NCBI GenBank assembly: GCA_963764715.1
Contig: CAVXTP010000003.1
Span: forward strand, 96,001 to 160,000
DNA length: 64,000 bases
Direction of reading: 5' to 3'
From: an uncultured Acidobacteriota bacterium
Lineage (GTDB): Bacteria; Acidobacteriota; Thermoanaerobaculia; UBA5066; Gp7-AA6
How positions within the stretch are numbered: position 1 is the first letter of the stretch; each line of letters begins with the position of its first letter. The position numbers and the translations under genes were made by a program. Under the pieces are notes generated by a model. The model had not been told where the DNA came from. It was given only the letters and a program-made list of their open reading frames with translations, and made no database searches. Positions 58,092 through 64,000 of this stretch are shown one piece after another.

Positions 58092-58762
58092 CGTTTCGTG
58101 GCCCCGGCGTTCCCCGGTTCGTAGGGGCGGGGCTGGTCCCCGCCCTTCTCGCGGGCGGCCACGAGGGCCGCCCCTACGACCGGAGGGTGGACGGGCAGCA
58201 GCCCGCTTTCGTCGAAATCAAAGCCGTACAGAGATTCCTTGCGCGGCTGCGCCTCCTCGCCTCGCATCCAGGCGGCGGCGAGCTCGACGGCCTCGAAGAT
58301 CTTGATGTACCCGGTGCAGCGGCAGAGATTCCCGGCGAGGGCTTCGCGGATCTGCGGCAGGGTCGGCCGGGGGTTCTCGTCGAGAAGCGCCTTCGCCGTC
58401 AGCAGGAATCCGGGCGTGCAGTAGCCGCACTGGGCGGCGCCGAGGTCCGCGAACGCCTTCTGGAGCGGGTGGAGTCCCGCGGGCCCGGCCATGCCCTCGA
58501 TCGACTCGACGCGCCGTCCCTCGCACTCGAGGCCGAGCACCAGGCAGGAAAGCACCGGCTTTCCGTCCACGAGGACCGCGCAGGTCCCGCACTCGCCGAG
58601 CTCGCAGCCGTGCTTGGTGCCCGTGAGGTTCAAGTCCTCGCGAAGCACCTCGAGGAGCGTCTTGTGCGGAGCGAACGCGGTCTCGACTTCCTCTCCGTTC
58701 AGAACGAACCGAACGTGAGCCTTGGTGAGATCGGCGCCGCGAAACTTCTTCGATCGAGCCAC
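58088..58762 (-). CDS. hcrC: 2x[2Fe-2S] small subunit (4-hydroxybenzoyl-CoA reductase gamma-like) with REP-derived C-terminal extension
   Basis: 'GTKHGCELGECGTC', 'QCGYCTPG', 'GNLCRCTGY'. Confidence 0.78.
   Translation of the reverse strand: MARSKKFRGADLTKAHVRFVLNGEEVETAFAPHKTLLEVLREDLNLTGTKHGCELGECGTCAVLVDGKPVLSCLVLGLECEGRRVESIEGMAGPAGLHPLQKAFADLGAAQCGYCTPGFLLTAKALLDENPRPTLPQIREALAGNLCRCTGYIKIFEAVELAAAWMRGEEAQPRKESLYGFDFDESGLLPVHPPVVGAALVAAREKGGDQPRPYEPGNAGATKR
58119..58179 (-). repeat. GTAG-type REP doublet inside the hcrC-like CDS
   Basis: TCGTAGGGGCGG...CCGCCCCTACGA terminal inverted repeat, two internal hairpins. Confidence 0.8.
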
Positions 58763-58811
58763 GGTTCGACGAATCTAATCCCTTTATTTTGAGAAAGAAA
58801 GACCGTATCTC

Positions 58812-58827
58812 CTGACCGACCGGTCAG
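58812..58827. promoter_or_regulatory. Putative TetR operator CTGAC-N6-GTCAG upstream of hcrCAB
   Basis: CTGACCGACCGGTCAG; 14/16 identical to the reverse complement of the tetR promoter site (CTGACTGACTGGTCAG). Confidence 0.6.
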
Positions 58828-58834
58828 ACGAATT

Positions 58835-59734
58835 TCAGGGCTTCGGGGGCGCCGCGCCGGGCCACGCCGGTAACTTCAGGAGATCGAGCGGGTTGACCCG
58901 GGCCCGATGCAGCCGCGCGCCCCAGTGCAGGTGCGGCCCCGTCGCGCGCCCCGTCGCTCCCACCGCGCCGACCCGCTGCCCCTTTGCGACGGGCTCCCCG
59001 GCCTTCACCTCGATCGCCGAGAGATGGAAGTACGTCGTGAAGAGACCGCGGCCGTGATCGAGGATGACGGTGCCGCCCGAGAAGTAGAGCTCCTCCGCGA
59101 GGGCGACCGTGGCGGGCGCGGGCGCGAGGACCGGCGCTCCCTCCGGCGCGGGCAGGTCGACGCCGTCGTGAGACGAGCGCGGCTTTCCGTTGAAGACCCG
59201 GCGCACGCCGAAGCTTCCGTGCGCGTCCGACGTCACGGGCATCCGAAAGGGCCCGCCGAAGAGGCGATCGGTGTCCCGGGCGGCCCAGACGCGGGCCACC
59301 GCCTCGCGGTCCGAGGCGATGCGGGGAAGCTCCTCCGCGGGCGGCTCGACGTAGGCCGGCGCGACCTTCAGCTTCTGCGTCGGGAACTTCCCGGACAGGA
59401 CGCGCAGCGTCCGCGACGCCCGGGAAATGCCACCGGCGGCGTCGCGCGCCTCGACCGCGAGCGTCCGCGCTCCGACGGCGCTCTCGAAGTCGATGCCGAG
59501 GAGCCCGCGGAAGGTGCGTCCGTCTTCGTCCCGTTCGAGGCCGATCGAACGGTCGCCGTCCGACAACGTCGCGGACGAAAGGGACGCGCTCGCCCTGACG
59601 GTCACGAAGACGACGTCGCCCTGCTTCGGCCGCGCGGGCGACGCCTCCACTTGCAGCGTCGCCGCCGGGACCGCCGGCCCGCCCGCGAGAACCAGGAAAA
59701 ACGCCGCGGCCGGGGCGAGCGCCCGCCGGGTCAT
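58835..59734 (-). CDS. M23 family metallopeptidase
   Basis: ATGA overlap; 'FGVRRVFNG', 'HDGVD', 'YFHLS', 'TGRATGPHLHW'. Confidence 0.9.
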   Translation of the reverse strand: MTRRALAPAAAFFLVLAGGPAVPAATLQVEASPARPKQGDVVFVTVRASASLSSATLSDGDRSIGLERDEDGRTFRGLLGIDFESAVGARTLAVEARDAAGGISRASRTLRVLSGKFPTQKLKVAPAYVEPPAEELPRIASDREAVARVWAARDTDRLFGGPFRMPVTSDAHGSFGVRRVFNGKPRSSHDGVDLPAPEGAPVLAPAPATVALAEELYFSGGTVILDHGRGLFTTYFHLSAIEVKAGEPVAKGQRVGAVGATGRATGPHLHWGARLHRARVNPLDLLKLPAWPGAAPPKP

Positions 59735-61080
59735 GCGTCCTCGGCCAGGGCCTCCGGCCGGACCGCGGCGAACCGGAGCTCGCCCTCCGACTTCGCGACG
59801 ACGGTGGCGCAGACGAGGTCTCCCGTCACGTTCAGCGTCGTGCGGCACATGTCGAGGAACCGGTCGACGCCGAGGATGATTCCAATGCCCTCGGCCGGAA
59901 CGCCGACCGACTGGAGGACGATGACGATGAGCGGCAGCGAGCCACCGGGCACGCCGGCCGTCCCGACGCCGGCGAGGATCGACATGAGGACGACCGTCAC
60001 CTGCTGGGGCAGCGACAGCGTCACGCCGAAGACCTGGGCGAGAAAGAGCACCGTCACGCCCTCGAAGAGTGCGGTGCCGTTCTGGTTGCCGGTCGCGCCG
60101 ACGGTCAGCACGAAGTTGCCGATCCGCGGGGCGATGCCGAGCTTCTCCTGCGCCGCCTGGAGCGAGGTCGGGAGCGTCGCGTTCGAGGAGGCCGTCGAAA
60201 AGGCCGTCAGCATGACCTCGCGGACGCGGAAGAACCACTCGACCGGCGAAACGCGCGCGAGCCCCTTGAGGATCAGCGAGTACACCACGAACTGCTGGAT
60301 GGCGAGGCCGGCGACGACCACGCCGACGTAACCGCCCAGCCGCGGGACGACCGCGAAGCCGGACCGCGCCGTCAGCGAATACATGAGGCCCGCGACCCCG
60401 TAGGGCGCGAGGCCCATCGCCCAGTCGACGATCTTCATCGAGACCCGCTGGATGCCGTCGAAGACCTCGACCAGCGTCTCCTTGTCCTTCCGGATCTGCG
60501 CCAGGGCGACCCCGAAGAACACCGCGAAGACCATCAATGCGAGCATCTCCCCCTGGAGGGCCTCGACGGCGGCGCCGATCGGGTTGCGCGGGATGAGCGA
60601 GAGCAGCGTGTCGCTCCACGACGCCGCCTTCTTTGCGTTCTCGATCGCGGCCTGCGACTGCGTCGCGAAAGTGCCCTCGAGGTTCGCCCGGACCGAGGCG
60701 TCGACACCCGCGCCCGGCTTGAAGTAGTTGACGAGCACGAGCCCGATCGCCACCGAGATCCCGCTCGCGAAGATCGTGTAGAGGAGGGTCTTGAAGCCGA
60801 CGCGGCCGAGCTTGTGGACGTCGCCGAGCTCGAGCACCCCGAGGACGAGGGACGAGAACACGAGCGGCACGACGATCATGAAGATCAGCCGCAGGAAGAG
60901 CTGGCCGACCGGATTGGCAACGTTGCGCACGCTCCACTCGACCCAGGGCGCTCCACCGCCGACCGCATGGGCGACGAGCCCCGCGACGAGCCCGAAGAGG
61001 AGCCCGAAGAGGATCTTCGTGTGCCGCGGCAGGCCCCTGCGGGCGGCGCGGCCGGCGTCGGAAGCGGCGGCTCCTGGCAT
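59731..61080 (-). CDS. Dicarboxylate/amino acid:cation symporter (GltP-like)
   Basis: 'FSTASSNATLP', 'GATGNQNGTAL', 'GTAGVPGGS', 'VDRFLDMCRTTLNVTGD'. Confidence 0.92.
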   Translation of the reverse strand: MPGAAASDAGRAARRGLPRHTKILFGLLFGLVAGLVAHAVGGGAPWVEWSVRNVANPVGQLFLRLIFMIVVPLVFSSLVLGVLELGDVHKLGRVGFKTLLYTIFASGISVAIGLVLVNYFKPGAGVDASVRANLEGTFATQSQAAIENAKKAASWSDTLLSLIPRNPIGAAVEALQGEMLALMVFAVFFGVALAQIRKDKETLVEVFDGIQRVSMKIVDWAMGLAPYGVAGLMYSLTARSGFAVVPRLGGYVGVVVAGLAIQQFVVYSLILKGLARVSPVEWFFRVREVMLTAFSTASSNATLPTSLQAAQEKLGIAPRIGNFVLTVGATGNQNGTALFEGVTVLFLAQVFGVTLSLPQQVTVVLMSILAGVGTAGVPGGSLPLIVIVLQSVGVPAEGIGIILGVDRFLDMCRTTLNVTGDLVCATVVAKSEGELRFAAVRPEALAEDA

Positions 61081-61106
61081 GGCGCGAGTGGCGCAACTTT
61101 AACCCG

Positions 61107-61135
61107 AAAGGGAGAGGGCCCCTCGCGGGGCCCTC
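61107..61135 (-). terminator. Probable terminator hairpin after the SLH-domain gene
   Basis: GAGGGCCCC-N4-GGGGCCCTC followed by a pyrimidine tract on the minus strand. Confidence 0.5.
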
Positions 61136-61162
61136 GGATGAGTCGGCGCACCGGCGGTCGGC

Positions 61163-64000
61163 CTACGGCCCGTACAGAACGAGGCCGAACGTCTTCGTCA
61201 GGAAGACGGCCATCTGCGCGCGCGTGTTCGGGTTGGTCGGGCAGAAGTTGCCGCCGCCGCAGCCGGTCGTGATTCCGCGGTCGGCGAGCTCCTCGATCCA
61301 GTCCGCGAACGTCGACGGGCACGGCACGTCGCCGAAGACCGAGGCGCAGGCCGGCGGAACGTAGGAGGAGCCTTTCAGCGTCTTCAAAAGGAAGACCGCC
61401 ATCTGCTGCCGCAGCACCGTGTTGTTCGGGCAGTAGCTCAGGGGGGCCGCGGAGCACCCGCCCGTGATCCCGCGGTTGTAGAGGTCCTCGATCCACGGGG
61501 CGAACGGGTCGGCCTGCGGAACGTCCGAGAAGATGCCGGCCGCCGGCGGGGGCAGGTAGGCGGCGCCGTACCTCGCCTTGAGCAGGAAGACGGCCATCTG
61601 CTTGCGCAGCGCCCCGTTGCCCGGGCAGTAGTTCGACCCGCCGCAGCCCCCGGTGACGCCGTTGTGGAAGATCGTCTCGATGAAGGGGTAGAAACCGTTG
61701 GCGTCCGGGACGTCGGCGAAGCTCGAACCGATGTGGAGGATCCAGGTCTTCCCGGAACCGTTCGAGAGGGCCTCGTCCATCGAGGCGTCCCAGTGCGGCG
61801 CCGGCCGCACGGCCGGGTTGTCGACCGAAACCGAGTAGCAGTCGGCGCAGGTCGCCGTGGTGTTGGAGCCGATCGTGCCGTAGGCAGCCGAGGCGTCGGT
61901 CAGCGTGTAGGTCGCGCCGACCGGGCCGGTCAGGCTCGATGCCGTTCCCGTCAGCGTCAGGGGCACCGAATCGCCGTTGAAGTACGACGGCGCGACGACG
62001 ACCGTCTCGCCCGGCTCCCAGACGTTGTTCGCCGCGGCCGAAGGCGCCCGGAGGCCGGCGTTGCTGTCGACGTCGAGGCCCTCGGGAATCGGCGTGCAGC
62101 AGACCGCGCGGCCGAGCAGGGTCACGCCGTCGATCCGCCAGCCGCCCGCGGGAACTCCGATGGAAACGTCCGAGACCATCCGCCAGCGCAGCACGATGCT
62201 CTGGCCGAGGGCCGCCGGAGGAAGGTTCACGACGGTCGTGAGATACGTGGACGAGTTCCCGCTCCACGCCAGGCGTCCGCCGATGGGGCTGCCGAACGAC
62301 CCGGTGATCGTCCGGTTGTAGCCGTTGGAGGCGAAGCTCCCGCCGGCCGCCAGGATGTCCTGGAACGCGGCGCCCGCGATCGAGATCTCGAGAACGCCGC
62401 CGTCGTAGCCGACGGCCGGGTTCGCGCCGTTGGCCTCGAGGTTGTAGAAGTTGCTGAACCGGAGCTGCTGCGCGTCGGCGGGCACCGCGATGGAGGGCGA
62501 GTCGAGGGCCTTGTCCGTGACGCCCGCGGGATCGTCCGCGTACGCGGCGTTCGGGGCGGTGTCGGGCGTCGTGGCGGTCGTGACCCACAGGGTCCCGGTC
62601 CCGGACGTGCCCCAGCCCGCGGGCAGCGCCGGAGCGCCCACGCCGTCGAAGGTCTCGGACAGGACGACGACGGGAATGCCCGTCGTGAACGCATAGGAAG
62701 ACGTCCCGAGGTCGGCCAGACCGTCCGCGAGGTCGAACGTCGGCACGAGGTCGTCTCCGCAGAGGAGGGCCTCGTCCGCGGTGAAGGTGACCTGGACGCA
62801 CACGTCCGGGCCGCCGGCCACGACGTGGCCGAAGACCGCGGGCTCGGGGGCGTCTCCGACGCCTCCCGTCTCCTGGAGCTCGCCGACGAGGTTCGTCGTG
62901 TCCGCGCCGCCGATGTTCCGGACGCAGAAGCTGACCGTGACCGTCTCGCCCGGGTCGATCCGGCCGTTGCCCGGAGCGCAGCTCTCGCCGACGAGGGTCG
63001 CGCCCGCGGAGGTGATGAGCGGCACGCCGGTCAGGCACGCATCGAAGGTCGCCGTGCCGCCGTCGGAGATGGCCGCGCCGCCGCTCTCGGTGGAGAAGGT
63101 GCTCTTGGTGACGGAGACGGTGTAGTTGCCGGGCGGCAGCAGGAGCGAGTAGTCGCCGTTCAGGTCGGTCACGGCCATGGCGCTGCCGTCGACCGAGACG
63201 GTCGCGCCGGCGAGCGGGAGCCCGTTCGAGCAATAGGTGACGTGGCCCTGCAGCGTGCCCTTCGCCTCGGCCGTGCAGCCGGGGTAGGCGAAGCGGCCGA
63301 TGCGCGTGCGCCAGGCGAAGGCCGCCGTGACGGCGTAGTACTCCTGGGCGTACCAGAAGGTACAGCCGTCGGCCGGGTCGATCGTCATCGCGCTGTAATC
63401 GCCCCACCGGTTGGCGGTCGTCGTCTGCGAGCCGGTGGCGGCGAAGAATGTGGCCTCGCCCTCGTTCAGCGTGCCGCTTCCCGCGGTGCGGCCGGCGATC
63501 TTGATGTCGGCGCGCTGCGCCGTGCCGGACTGGCTGAAGCCGAGGCCGAGGTTGCCGAGGTGGTCCTGCGCGATCGATCCCATCCAGTTGTTGAGGCCCG
63601 TGGCGCCGTTGCCGCCCGCGAGGTTGTGCGTGCCCTGGTCGAACAGCGTCGGGATCGCGGTGCCGGTGCCGTGCAGCTCGAACCAGCGGATTCCGGCCTG
63701 GTAGCTCGACGCCGCGGTGGGATCGATGCCGCTGACGTTGACCGTGAAGTTGCCGACCCAGGAGTTGGCGGCCGCCGCCGGCGTGCCGAGATTGCGGTAG
63801 GCCAGGCGGTACATCAGGCGGTCGGGGATCGAATCGAGGCCGTCGCCCCCGAGCTGCTCGATGTCGGCGCGGGCGGAGGGTTGCCGGGCGTCGAAGGCGG
63901 CCAGGGCCAGGTCGGGATGGACGGCGAAGGTGGACGCGCCGGGGTTGGCATAGTTCGGAACGAAGTCGTAGATCCGGAGCGCGTCGAGGGGATCGCCGAA
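61163..64000 (-). CDS. Large secreted surface protein (carboxypeptidase-regulatory-like and beta-rich domains, three C-terminal SLH-like repeats); 5' end outside the window
   Basis: Open to the window edge; 'RWGDYSAMTIDP.D.CTFWY'; 'FADVP...GVTGGCGG.NYCP...RKQMAVFLLK' type repeats x3. Confidence 0.85.
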   Translation of the reverse strand, partial: FGDPLDALRIYDFVPNYANPGASTFAVHPDLALAAFDARQPSARADIEQLGGDGLDSIPDRLMYRLAYRNLGTPAAAANSWVGNFTVNVSGIDPTAASSYQAGIRWFELHGTGTAIPTLFDQGTHNLAGGNGATGLNNWMGSIAQDHLGNLGLGFSQSGTAQRADIKIAGRTAGSGTLNEGEATFFAATGSQTTTANRWGDYSAMTIDPADGCTFWYAQEYYAVTAAFAWRTRIGRFAYPGCTAEAKGTLQGHVTYCSNGLPLAGATVSVDGSAMAVTDLNGDYSLLLPPGNYTVSVTKSTFSTESGGAAISDGGTATFDACLTGVPLITSAGATLVGESCAPGNGRIDPGETVTVSFCVRNIGGADTTNLVGELQETGGVGDAPEPAVFGHVVAGGPDVCVQVTFTADEALLCGDDLVPTFDLADGLADLGTSSYAFTTGIPVVVLSETFDGVGAPALPAGWGTSGTGTLWVTTATTPDTAPNAAYADDPAGVTDKALDSPSIAVPADAQQLRFSNFYNLEANGANPAVGYDGGVLEISIAGAAFQDILAAGGSFASNGYNRTITGSFGSPIGGRLAWSGNSSTYLTTVVNLPPAALGQSIVLRWRMVSDVSIGVPAGGWRIDGVTLLGRAVCCTPIPEGLDVDSNAGLRAPSAAANNVWEPGETVVVAPSYFNGDSVPLTLTGTASSLTGPVGATYTLTDASAAYGTIGSNTTATCADCYSVSVDNPAVRPAPHWDASMDEALSNGSGKTWILHIGSSFADVPDANGFYPFIETIFHNGVTGGCGGSNYCPGNGALRKQMAVFLLKARYGAAYLPPPAAGIFSDVPQADPFAPWIEDLYNRGITGGCSAAPLSYCPNNTVLRQQMAVFLLKTLKGSSYVPPACASVFGDVPCPSTFADWIEELADRGITTGCGGGNFCPTNPNTRAQMAVFLTKTFGLVLYGP

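Noticed and set aside
1-64000. Prophage, transposase, integron or defence system
   Set aside because: No integrase, transposase, phage structural or nuclease motifs recognised, and no obvious compositional island.

Overview
Very GC-rich (roughly 70% by eye), densely coding bacterial chromosome segment. It is probably Acidobacteriota/Thermoanaerobaculia-like, inferred from the secreted protein ending in SLH-type 'CP...R.QMAVFL' repeats and the general gene content. About 58 real CDSs are present, and most long ORFs in the supplied track are antisense shadows. Contents: (1) an envelope glycosylation block at 1-11.6 kb with split arnA, arnC and arnD, four GT-C/YfhO-type membrane proteins and wzm/wzt, but no arnB/T/E/F; (2) a LolD/FtsX/AttH-like module; (3) a CADD-type self-sacrificing pABA synthase, ispH, TetR, moaDE and mgtE; (4) several acyl-CoA/aromatic catabolism genes, including an hcrCAB-like (4-hydroxybenzoyl-CoA reductase-like) molybdoenzyme with an altered catalytic motif and a palindrome shared with the TetR promoter; (5) a fused E2-E1 2-oxoglutarate dehydrogenase, peptidases, an ECF/anti-sigma pair, a sensor-less two-component system next to sodC, and an RRM gene with a structured leader. 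I found no rRNA, tRNA, CRISPR array or transposase. The most unusual sequence-level signals are GTAG-type REP doublets translated in-frame inside two proteins (one supplies a signal-peptide core), heptamer (CAGTAAG/CTGCCTC) arrays, apparently pervasive leaderless promoters, and CTG starts in CTGA overlaps. All protein calls come from motif recognition only, with no database search.
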